DNA of 64,000 bases, from positions 186,001 through 250,000 of the forward strand of contig OZ025749.1 of assembly GCA_964019335.1 (NCBI GenBank), written 5' to 3'. Source of the DNA: Diplonema japonicum (Eukaryota; Protista; Euglenozoa: Diplonemea). The notes beneath the pieces were generated by a model, which saw only the letters and a program-made list of their open reading frames with translations, had not been told where the DNA came from and did not search any database. Positions 9,637 through 18,798 of this stretch are shown piece after piece; the first letter of the stretch is position 1; the number at the start of each line of letters is the position of its first letter. The position numbers were made by a program, and so were the translations under genes.

Positions 9637-11880
9637 ATGGACGTTCACAAAGCTTTGAAGGGGTACGGGATGACAGCCCGCGGGAAGGGGTACGGGATTG
9701 GAAACGGAAACTCCTTCTACGGAGTGGTCGGAGAGAAGACGGGAAAGAAGGGGAGCGACGTTAGGCGCCGCATGATACAAGAGCTGCGAGGAAGCGAGGA
9801 GTACCGGGCGAGTGTCATCGGAGACTACGACCTGTACTGCTCCCAGCACGCCAGGGAGGGGACCGCCGCGGACCCGGTTACCATCCAAGCCACCGCCCGC
9901 GCACTGAAGACCGACATCCACCTGATTACGGCCGACGACGGCGCCCTCATCGTCTCCCCTATCGTGGGAGAGTCCAAGTCCAAGAAGCAGCCCATCCACG
10001 TCGCCTTCGACGGCCGGGCATACCTCAACGCCACGGAGCCGTTCAACGTGAACGTGCTGAAGAAAGCTATGCAGCAGTTCAAGCTGCCACGGGTCGGGAT
10101 TCCAACCTCAGACGGAGAGGCGAAGGCATGGAGGGGACCGAACAGCAAGCCACCACGGAAGGAACCGCAGGCAAAGAAATGCTGGCTCCTCGAGCAGGGA
10201 CAGTTCGACCTACCCTTCATAGAGTGGGAAGAGCTGGTGGCAGGGAAAGATGGCATAGCCATCGCGACCGAGGTCAACGTGGAGGAGGCAGAAAAGATGC
10301 CCTGGGACGGGAACAAGGCAGTCCTCCTCAAACGCAACGGCAAGGGTCGATACGAACACGACGTCGTGCTCAAGGCGGCTGGAGAGTACTCGAACAGGAC
10401 AATGTTCTTGCACGTACTGAGCGGAAAGATCTCGCGCTCTCAAAAAAACAAAAACACGGTGGGTATTGACCTGGCCGCGATGTACACGCGGGTAGCTTTC
10501 GTCGTCTCGAAGACGCACACCCCAGCCCAGACTTGGGAGAGGGTGACCTCCGAACCCCGCAAGCTGGTCCAGGAGATGCTGGGCTGTAAGACGATCCACA
10601 GGATCGACAAGCACATGGATGGACCGGCCCCAAGGGTTGACGTGCTCGTCACGATCGCAACCGAGAACCGCCGCCGCCTCGTAAGTGCATCCGGGAAGAT
10701 GGGGATCTTCGTCAAGCCGAAGGACGTGGAGAAGTCCCCTGTCGCCTGGCTCCCGAAGGAGATCACTCTGGAAGAGGCACTCGAGCTGGCGGAGACTGAG
10801 AAGCAGGGGTTAGCGCTGCGCGAATCCGACGGCCGTCTCGGGGTGAGGACATCGGAGGAGAGGAAAACCACGCTCCTCGACAAGGTATTAGGCGAGGAGG
10901 AGCGACAACGCGGGCAGCATGGGGAGCCCAGGTGGCGTTTGTCGGGACTGTACGGGCAGTGCGGAGCCGAACACGTTGAGGCGATACTCGAGGCGATTAA
11001 GTGGGAGGCCGTCCCACTACACGGCGGATGGTGCAACAGCATGAGGTGCTGGTACATCCGAGGGGGCGAACCCCCAACCACGTCACTGAAGATCACGTCC
11101 CCAACTGGGCGGGTCCTCAACTGCAGGATAGCTCCCGACGTTAGAAACCCACCCACCAAAAAGACACCGCCAGCTCAGTCCTGGGGAAGGCCGAAAACGG
11201 GGACCACAAACAACGCGGGCAAGTCGTACCTCGGAGCAGTGACGGGGTCCTCTCAACCAGACCACAAACCACCAGCTGCAGGAAAGAAGGTTGCCCCTAC
11301 GGGTAAAGCCGCCCCACCGAAGTCCGGTAAGTCGCCCACAACATCGAAGAAAGCCGATCCCCCGGCCTTTGAGGACCGCCTCACAGCAATCGAAAACGCA
11401 CTTCGTAAACTTGCAGGGGAACCGGTCAGCGACGTCAAGCCGCCGGCTGAGGTGGTCAGTCTACGGAGGGAGAACGCGGAGCTACGGGAGGAGGTCCGGC
11501 AGATGCACATCCAGATGGCCGCGCTCACCGAGCAAATTAAGAGACTCACGGAAGCGACGCTCTCGAAGCCCGTCCCCGGGAACCGGGCCCCGATGATGCG
11601 CCCTGCTGCCGGGGAGGAGATGATGGACGACTCCGAAGATGACTTGGGTCCCCCCCCAACTGACGATGACACCGACATCGACTTGGACGAGGGCCCCGCC
11701 GACATTGACGACTGCCTGGGCAAGGGCATCTGCCACGTCTACAACGGGACATATCAATGCTGGAAGGGTGTATGCCACTACTGCGGCGGGAACATCACAA
11801 AGAACAACCCAGCACAGACCTGCATATTACCAGACTGCAAAAGGGTAAAATGCCGCGGGTGCGAACAATGCGAACAATGA
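9637..11880 (+). CDS. Element B ORF1: OTU-like pseudo-domain, central core, coiled coil, C-terminal Cys/His finger
   Basis: GNGNSFY...PIHVAFDG..Y; heptads LRRENAELREEVRQM; CHVY..CHYCGG..C..DC..CRGC. Confidence 0.8.
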   Translation: MDVHKALKGYGMTARGKGYGIGNGNSFYGVVGEKTGKKGSDVRRRMIQELRGSEEYRASVIGDYDLYCSQHAREGTAADPVTIQATARALKTDIHLITADDGALIVSPIVGESKSKKQPIHVAFDGRAYLNATEPFNVNVLKKAMQQFKLPRVGIPTSDGEAKAWRGPNSKPPRKEPQAKKCWLLEQGQFDLPFIEWEELVAGKDGIAIATEVNVEEAEKMPWDGNKAVLLKRNGKGRYEHDVVLKAAGEYSNRTMFLHVLSGKISRSQKNKNTVGIDLAAMYTRVAFVVSKTHTPAQTWERVTSEPRKLVQEMLGCKTIHRIDKHMDGPAPRVDVLVTIATENRRRLVSASGKMGIFVKPKDVEKSPVAWLPKEITLEEALELAETEKQGLALRESDGRLGVRTSEERKTTLLDKVLGEEERQRGQHGEPRWRLSGLYGQCGAEHVEAILEAIKWEAVPLHGGWCNSMRCWYIRGGEPPTTSLKITSPTGRVLNCRIAPDVRNPPTKKTPPAQSWGRPKTGTTNNAGKSYLGAVTGSSQPDHKPPAAGKKVAPTGKAAPPKSGKSPTTSKKADPPAFEDRLTAIENALRKLAGEPVSDVKPPAEVVSLRRENAELREEVRQMHIQMAALTEQIKRLTEATLSKPVPGNRAPMMRPAAGEEMMDDSEDDLGPPPTDDDTDIDLDEGPADIDDCLGKGICHVYNGTYQCWKGVCHYCGGNITKNNPAQTCILPDCKRVKCRGCEQCEQ

Positions 11881-11973
11881 CTCCATGAGGGCTCCCCCCA
11901 AACCCACCCCCCAAACCCATTCCCTCCGCCCCGTTCCCATCCTTCCAAATACAATCCGATACGCTTATCTGAC

Positions 11974-14900
11974 ATGAAATTTGAACGTCTCACCGAACAG
12001 GGTATCGAACCCCACCCCGGACCAGAGCCAGAACACGAGAAATTCACCATTTTCACACACAACGGCTCATCACTTAACAACAGGCTGAGCGAGTACTCCA
12101 CCGTCCTCCCGGACGCATTCTGCATCCAGGAGACAGCCCTCACGGCTCAGACGCAGCTGGAAATCGAACACGTGCTGAGAGACGATGACTGGGGCAAACG
12201 ATACGCCAGATTCTGGAGCAAGCCACAGCCAGGCAGGGAGTCCAGTGGTGTCACATCTCTGACGATAGCGAAACGGGGTGGTCTAGGAACCCTGGTGAAA
12301 AAACCACGTACGGCGGTGCGCTGTGAAACGAATGGGCCGCACAGGGACAGGTGGTCACACGTGAAGATCTCACTCGATGGAAGCAAACGGTGGCTTCACC
12401 TGATCAACGTCTACTGCCACTCGGGTCAGGACCAAGCCAAGACGAAATACCGTGAAGAGCTTCTCCACTACATCCTTTGCCGTCTTAAGTTCGAACTGGG
12501 AGACGTGCCTGTGGCCGTGGTGGGCGATTTCAACACGGACGAAGTACGATCCCCCACGTTAAGGAAAGCTATACAGACAGACTGGGTAGACGCCGCTGCG
12601 TTCTGTGCAAGAAGGGATGGTGTACAGGCGGAGGACACGTTCGTTAGGACCAACTGCAGCACGAGGATTGACAGGGTCCTGCTGAATAACATCGCGGCCC
12701 AAGGTCTCGAACATTGCGGAGTAAGCGATATGATCACCGGGTCGGACCACCGATGCTTGTCGGTGACACTCAACATCCCAGCTTTTCGTCAAGAAGTCCT
12801 GAGGTACACCATCCCACAGGAGATACCGAAGACCAAGAAGGCGCCTGGCGAGGTGGCGAAGGCACTGATGCAGAAGTCGAGGTACCGGGAGTTCATAGCA
12901 GCACAGGAGCCCACCGAAGCTTTCTCGGAGATATCAGACCTCGCAGAGGAGTACCTATTACATGGGTACAAGGGGCCGACGCGCAGCGTGTACACCGGGA
13001 GAGGCAAAGTACGGGAACCTACGAAATCGGAGCTAAGTGCGAGGTCGGCGGAGTCGGCGGTCGGAGCGGCATCGAACAGACAACAAAGACTGGAAAAGCT
13101 GAAGCACAAGATCCGCAGTGCGCAACAGCAAATGCTAAGGCTTTATGAAAACGGACACTGCGGTCCGCTGCCGGTAGAGTTACGGAACGTCCTCAGAAAT
13201 ATTGCGACACTAGGAGAAGAACTGAAGGTTGACAACTGCCAGGTGGACGCGACAGGGGGTATCGACGGCATCAGGGAGGAGCTGGACATAGCAGAGGACT
13301 TCGCTCAGGGAATGCTATCAGAGCTACTCCAATACCGCAAGAGAATGCAGACGAAGGCCTACGAACGCTCAGTCCGTGCTGACTTTGGGAAAGAACGCAA
13401 GCACATCACAGCCTGGGTCAGAGACCGCCCAAACCAGAGAACGGACGTGGTTGAGGTAGCAGACGGGGGGGTGACGGCGAACCTACAGGAAATGGACAAG
13501 GTGATGCGGAACGCGTGGTCGGGCGTCTTCTGTGCGCGAACACTCGAGGAAGAGCCACAGTATGAGCGGTTTGCACAACGTTACGGGGACCTGATCAAGA
13601 AAGCCCCAATGGCACGGACTCCCATCACAGCAGAACAGCTGAGGGAAGTGATCAGGAAGAAGCCGGAGAAAGGAGCATGTGGCGTGGACGGTTGGCGGAT
13701 GAGTGAACTGAAGCGTCTCCCAACGAGCATCCTGAAGGCTTTCGCAGACCTCTTCAACCTGATCGAGGAAACAGGCCAGTGGCCGAGACAGATCACGACA
13801 GCACTGGTGTCCCTGATTCCGAAGGGTGAGGGGTCAGCACCACTGAATCATCGTCCCATCACAGTGACCAGCACCATCTACCGCTTGTGGGCGTGTACGA
13901 GGCTGAAGGGTGTCCTTGACTGGCAAGAACGCTGGATCACGCCGAGACAGCACGGGTTTCGACCCAAACACAGTACGACAACTGCCCTCATGGAGTTATG
14001 TACCAAGCTGGAACTAGCTCTGGTGGAAGGAGAACCGCTGGAAGGACTAGCCCTAGACTTTCGAAAATGCTTCGATCTAGTGCCACAACGGCTGTCTCTC
14101 GACCTCATGGACGCCCTGGGGATGGACCAATCCATAGGGAGAGCACTCCAAGGGATGTACACCCAAATCACAAGGAGGTTCAAGTACCCCATAGGAGTGG
14201 GAGAAACATTTGAGACAACGAACGGCATTCTCCAAGGATGCCCCCTGTCAGTCATCGTCGTCAACGCCCTGTTGTCCATCATGGTGCGGGCAGTCGAGCA
14301 AGTCGCGCCAGACGCCGAAGTGCTAGCCTACGCTGACGACGCATACCTGCTGGCAAAGCTGCGTGGCTCACTACAAGCTGCGGTCAATGGGACATTGGAG
14401 TTCTGCGACCTGACGGGGATGGAAATCAACAAGGAGAAGACTGTTGGTTTCGGCACTGCTGAAGATTTCAAGTCGAAAGTCATAGGAAACCGAACGGAGA
14501 TGAGGAAAGGCTTGGAGGTCGCGGTACCCTACAAGACGGTGACAGACCTCTGCGGACTGGGGGTGAAGATCAACACACGCAGGACAGGAACGACGTGGAA
14601 CAAACCGACCACGGGGGCGCTTGGCTCGCTGGACCGACTGGGGGGCACAAGGATTGCTTTCGAAACCAAAGCACACTTGGTCAGCACGACGGTCCTGCCA
14701 TCTTGCCTATACAGTGGGCCGTTCTCCCCTCCATGTGATGAGGCACTCAAGAAGCTAACGACGAAGATCACTTGTAACCTGTGGGGCCCTCATCACCGTG
14801 GACGGTCGCCCACCGCGGTAAACACAGTCCTGCTGAAGGGGCACACCAATGACCCCCTTTCCTACGTAATGTACCACTCCCTGAAGGTAGTATCCGGAGC

Positions 14901-16167
14901 ACTCGATGACAGTCGGCTACGGCAGAGATGCATGCAGATCGCTGCGGGGTATGACGCGGGTTCCATCCCGATGGGGCCGGTTGGCAACCTGGTCTGCCGG
15001 TGGCTTCCCCGAATAGGATGGAGTTGGGCGCAGCTACTAGGTTGCAACACATCTTGGGCCGAACGCGGACACATCTTTAGAGAGGTGGTGAGGAAGGCCC
15101 GAAGTAGGACGCTGGCGGTCGAGAGGAGCACGATAAGCGGGATAGAGCCGGGGGCGGACCCCAAGACGAACCGATTATGGAGGACGGCCAAGGACCCGCT
15201 CATGTCCTACAGCCTGAGACGAGTGATCGCAGGAGGGGTTCCCTACCTAAACCCGCACGCAAATGCGAAGCGAAAGAGCGTCCCACTGGCGCCTGAAGGT
15301 GACGACAACGGTGACGACGAGGAGAACATGGGCCAGGCACCAACGACGGAGGTATCGCACACGCAAGGATTCAGATGCGACCTGTGCAAGTCTCCACACC
15401 CGGACACGGTGACCTTACTCCGCCATCAGCTGTATGAGTGCGCCTGTGCACAAGAGGAACTGGCACTAGACGGAATGGAGCCGTTGCGCAACAGATCAGG
15501 ATGGCCCCTATGTCTGGAGCTGCACGCGATACTGCCGAGGGGGCATGTCTTCGCACACCTGGAGAAGCTGCAGCGATACATGGCTGTGGTAGTCGGGAAA
15601 CGGGATGTGGAGCTCATGCAAATAGACAACGCCAGCACACAGCCGCTGCCGTGGGTACGCAATGTGGAGGGAAGGAGATGCCTCGTGCCAACGGCGGGGG
15701 AGCTCGAAGGAGTGGGAGGAATCGTCGCAGAATTCCTGAACCCGCTGCTGCAGTGGTTGTCACAGCTACGATGGGTGAAGGAGGACACCAGCTCTGAAGT
15801 GTCAGCGGTGGAATTGGCCATCGACTTCGAATGGACGACAGGCAAGTTACTGGGGGGTCTGCTGGAAGATAGGGCTCGCAAGATCAAAGCACTGATAAGA
15901 AAGCTGAACGCGGCATGCAGGGCACGGAAGAAGCCACGCCCCTTCCCAGCAGATGAACAGAAGAGAGTGAAGTCCCTCATCGCAATAGGTGGGAAGACGG
16001 CTATGGGTTTCGCCAGGAGGCCCATCTTCGCCACCCACACCACTCACGACAAGCTGATGGAACTGAAAGCCGCTTACAAGCGAGACCGCATCACACGACT
16101 CCGCAAGACGCTCAAGGCCTCGATTGGAACGAAAGCAATGCTCCAGAAGGGGAGTATAAAAAGATAA
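11974..16167 (+). CDS. Element B ORF2: 2A-like peptide, APE endonuclease, reverse transcriptase, CCHC knuckle; no RNase H motif seen
   Basis: GIEPHPGP; THN, IQET, GDFN, RID, GSDH (APE); LIPK, RPITV, QHGFR, DFRKCFD, QGCPLS, YADD (RT); CDLC..RHQLYEC. Confidence 0.9.
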   Translation: MKFERLTEQGIEPHPGPEPEHEKFTIFTHNGSSLNNRLSEYSTVLPDAFCIQETALTAQTQLEIEHVLRDDDWGKRYARFWSKPQPGRESSGVTSLTIAKRGGLGTLVKKPRTAVRCETNGPHRDRWSHVKISLDGSKRWLHLINVYCHSGQDQAKTKYREELLHYILCRLKFELGDVPVAVVGDFNTDEVRSPTLRKAIQTDWVDAAAFCARRDGVQAEDTFVRTNCSTRIDRVLLNNIAAQGLEHCGVSDMITGSDHRCLSVTLNIPAFRQEVLRYTIPQEIPKTKKAPGEVAKALMQKSRYREFIAAQEPTEAFSEISDLAEEYLLHGYKGPTRSVYTGRGKVREPTKSELSARSAESAVGAASNRQQRLEKLKHKIRSAQQQMLRLYENGHCGPLPVELRNVLRNIATLGEELKVDNCQVDATGGIDGIREELDIAEDFAQGMLSELLQYRKRMQTKAYERSVRADFGKERKHITAWVRDRPNQRTDVVEVADGGVTANLQEMDKVMRNAWSGVFCARTLEEEPQYERFAQRYGDLIKKAPMARTPITAEQLREVIRKKPEKGACGVDGWRMSELKRLPTSILKAFADLFNLIEETGQWPRQITTALVSLIPKGEGSAPLNHRPITVTSTIYRLWACTRLKGVLDWQERWITPRQHGFRPKHSTTTALMELCTKLELALVEGEPLEGLALDFRKCFDLVPQRLSLDLMDALGMDQSIGRALQGMYTQITRRFKYPIGVGETFETTNGILQGCPLSVIVVNALLSIMVRAVEQVAPDAEVLAYADDAYLLAKLRGSLQAAVNGTLEFCDLTGMEINKEKTVGFGTAEDFKSKVIGNRTEMRKGLEVAVPYKTVTDLCGLGVKINTRRTGTTWNKPTTGALGSLDRLGGTRIAFETKAHLVSTTVLPSCLYSGPFSPPCDEALKKLTTKITCNLWGPHHRGRSPTAVNTVLLKGHTNDPLSYVMYHSLKVVSGALDDSRLRQRCMQIAAGYDAGSIPMGPVGNLVCRWLPRIGWSWAQLLGCNTSWAERGHIFREVVRKARSRTLAVERSTISGIEPGADPKTNRLWRTAKDPLMSYSLRRVIAGGVPYLNPHANAKRKSVPLAPEGDDNGDDEENMGQAPTTEVSHTQGFRCDLCKSPHPDTVTLLRHQLYECACAQEELALDGMEPLRNRSGWPLCLELHAILPRGHVFAHLEKLQRYMAVVVGKRDVELMQIDNASTQPLPWVRNVEGRRCLVPTAGELEGVGGIVAEFLNPLLQWLSQLRWVKEDTSSEVSAVELAIDFEWTTGKLLGGLLEDRARKIKALIRKLNAACRARKKPRPFPADEQKRVKSLIAIGGKTAMGFARRPIFATHTTHDKLMELKAAYKRDRITRLRKTLKASIGTKAMLQKGSIKR

Positions 16168-16585
16168 CCCCCCCCTAACCCACCCAAGGGCGGCCCTCCA
16201 TGAGGGGGTTTGTCCTGCACTTTGAGTTTTTTTTTTTTTTTTTTTCACACTCACCAATGATTCGCTCAATAGGAGCAATACCTCCCTGGGGGGCTTTCCG
16301 CCGGAGGTTCCAGCCAAAGAAGGACATCCAGCTGGAAGGTAGGCCCCCGTTTTTCTCTCACTTGACTAAGGGAATAATGTAATTCAGCCCTCTTCGGCTG
16401 TCCCAAAGCAGAGCACGGGTTGGTGGGGGACCAGGGCTCCTCCTGCTTGCAGAAGCCTGGTCCTTTGCCCTCCCTATTTCCCCATGGCTTCCCTTCACCT
16501 TTTTTTCCCCTTTTCTCAGGTGTTGCTCTCCATGGCGGCCCTGCATTGGTATTTTGAAAAAAAAAAAAAAAAAAAAAAAAAAAAA

Positions 16586-16593
16586 CATGGGTA
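16586..16593 (+). other. Target-site duplication CATGGGTA (tRNA-Cys -3..+5)
   Basis: Identical to 23105-23112; directly follows B's poly(A). Confidence 0.8.
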
Positions 16594-16656
16594 AAAATGC
16601 TCTCCATGGCGGCCCTGCATTGGTATTTTGAAAAAAAAAAAAAAAAAAAAAAAAAA
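16594..16656 (+). mobile_element. Extremely 5'-truncated B copy: AAAA, last 33 nt of B, A26
   Basis: 16598-16630 is identical to 16524-16556; followed by CATGAGTA. A local tandem duplication is an alternative. Confidence 0.7.
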
Positions 16657-16657
16657 C

Positions 16658-18796
16658 ATGAGTATCAGAGACAGAGACAGAGAAAAGGACAGGGGGAAGG
16701 ACAGAGAGAGGGACAAGGGCGAGGAGAGGGTGAGAGAGAGGGACGGAAGACGTGGCCGGGACAGGGACGACGAACGCGCGACCGAGGGTGATCTCGGTCA
16801 CGTGATGAGCTGCGAGCACGGGCAGCTGGCGAAGAGGAGGCAGACCTCGGGGTCCTGCCTGGGCTGTGGCGTGCCGACGACGGGGACGGGGAAGAGGTGG
16901 ACGTGCCTGGAGTGCGGCGCCTTCTTCTGCACCGAGTGCAAGGCGGCCGGCACCCCCTCACCCGTGAAGAGGGAGAAGAGGGACAAGGCACCGAAGTCGA
17001 GGGAGGCTAAGAACCTCATGCAGGCCTACGACGCGTCCACGCTTGAGGCCACGAAGGTCCCGCTCCCAGACGACAGGACCGAAGCCGCCGCCTCCGCGGA
17101 CAACTACGCCGCCGTCCACGCGGCCTACAAAGCAGCCGCCTCAGCGGACCGTAACACAGCTCCTGTGGCTTACAACGCCGCCGCTTCTGCGGCCACCGCC
17201 ACATCTGTGGCCAACGACGCCGCCGTCTCTTCGGCCCATAACGCCGCCGCCTCTGCGGCCAACAACACCGCCACATCTGTGGCCAGCGACGCCGCCGTCT
17301 CTTCGGCCCATAACACCACCGCCTCCGCGGCCCGCAACGCCGCCTCTGCGGCCCATAACAACACCGCCGCCTCTGCAGCCAACAACACCGCCTCCACAAA
17401 GGCCGACAACGCTGCTACAGCCTCCTGGGAGGAGAAGCGAATCACGCTGGTTCCTGAGCTCTGGGACGGAGAAGTGGTCCACCCGTCGAAGACGGAGGGC
17501 AAAACCCGAGGCGTCATCCTCACGACGAATCCCGAGGTCTTCCTCAAATACCACACCGCCGCACACGGGTCTTGGACCGTGCTCTCCATGAAGGCCTTCG
17601 CCGGGTCGTCGTCCGCCACCTTGTTCACAAAGCAAGGTATCAAAACCCTGCACCTTGTCGAACTGACAGGCAACGGTTCCTCCCCCCCGAAGTATGCAGC
17701 CCCAAAGGCGGTACAAGCGACAGCAGCCACCGAGGCCGTCCTCTACATGAGGGTCAAGGCTGACTCAATGGACGAGGCGAGGAAGACGGCTCTCGCTCAC
17801 GGGAGGAAGGTCGAAACAGGCCTGAAGGAAACAGCCGTGTTCCCCAGCCGAGACGCCCCTGTACCTCTGAGCAGAAGGGGCCCCAACACCCTCTCGCACA
17901 AGGTCGGCATGAGGGTGCGGACGACCAGCCTCCACGCACTCCTCCGCAAGTCTGGGGATGGCTACCTGATCGAGGTCCCAAGGCACACGCTTCCGACCGA
18001 GGCGGTACTTGTTCCGGCATCCACCATCGGCGAGGCGTTCCAGATGGCGCTCAAGGCTGGTGGACCCGCCCTAGGTGTCATGTCGGTCAAGGGAGGGTGG
18101 GCGATCAGGTGCGCCTCCGGTGACACAGCCGAACTCCAAGAGGCACTCGCTTCATGCGACATCGATGTGACGATGTCCCAGAAGTACGTCTTGGAGGGTG
18201 TCCCCGGCCACGTCTGCCAGGAGGAAGCGGACGTGATCCCGAAGGACATGGGCTGGAATGCCAGGGTGGTGGGCAGGAGGTACGCCAGGGTCGACGGCAA
18301 ATAGGTCATGTTCCTGCAGGTTGTCGCCTCAGAGCCCCCGCCGTTCCCGATCTTCCAATACGGGGACAGGCTCCTGAGGTGCCACGCTAAAGGCAGCTTC
18401 CCGGAGGCCTTTGTCCGGACCCTCCCGAAGAAGGAGAAGGCACATCCCGAGAAGAAGAAGGAACAGCAGGAGGCCCACCAGACCACTCCCCCTACCAAAG
18501 GAAGGACAGCTGCCGAGGTGGTCAGGAACGCACCCTCCACACCCGACCCGAAGGGAAAGAAGAAGACCACGGGCAGCAAAGCAAAGGGCAGCGCCCCCTC
18601 CGGGACCAAGCGGGAGAACCCGACCTCCGAATTCAGTGCGGAGTTCGTGGAGGAGGTCGTGAGGCAAGTTCTCGCGATACTGCTGAAGGGGGGCCCGTCG
18701 GAGTCCAAACAGACAAGCGCTAAGCCCCCAGGCTCACCAAAGACGCCCTCGGGGAAGAAGAAACGGCGCCTGGTCGCTGTCCCCAAAAGGTGTTAG
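16658..18796 (+). pseudogene. A2 ORF1 (RD/RE-rich start, Cys/His finger, Ala-rich repeats, core) with one internal TAG at 18302-18304
   Basis: ORFs ending 18304 and 18308-18796 share a frame; A1 has AAG (Lys) where A2 has TAG. Confidence 0.75.
17086..17425 (+). repeat. Imperfect coding minisatellite (~21-24 bp units) encoding AASAA(H/N)N(T/A)
   Basis: Repeated gccgcctctgcggcc(cat)aacaacacc. Confidence 0.85.
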
Positions 18797-18798
18797 CC

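Larger units (their letters stand above)
9370..16585 (+). mobile_element. Non-LTR retrotransposon family B, apparently full length: SL 5' end, ORF1, ORF2, 3'UTR, A29 tail
   Basis: Two long intact ORFs with APE and RT motifs; poly(A) 16557-16585 followed by CATGGGTA. Confidence 0.9.

Noticed and set aside
16377-16420. Twister ribozyme in the shared 3'UTR motif (UAA..GC..GUCCCA)
   Set aside because: The AAGC loop is not conserved across the three copies, and I found no P2'/T1 partner strands.
17086-17425. CRISPR-like repeat array
   Set aside because: No unique spacers; it is an in-frame coding minisatellite in a eukaryote.
18302-18304. Programmed readthrough in A2 ORF1
   Set aside because: A1 has AAG at this position, so a nonsense mutation or sequencing error is simpler.
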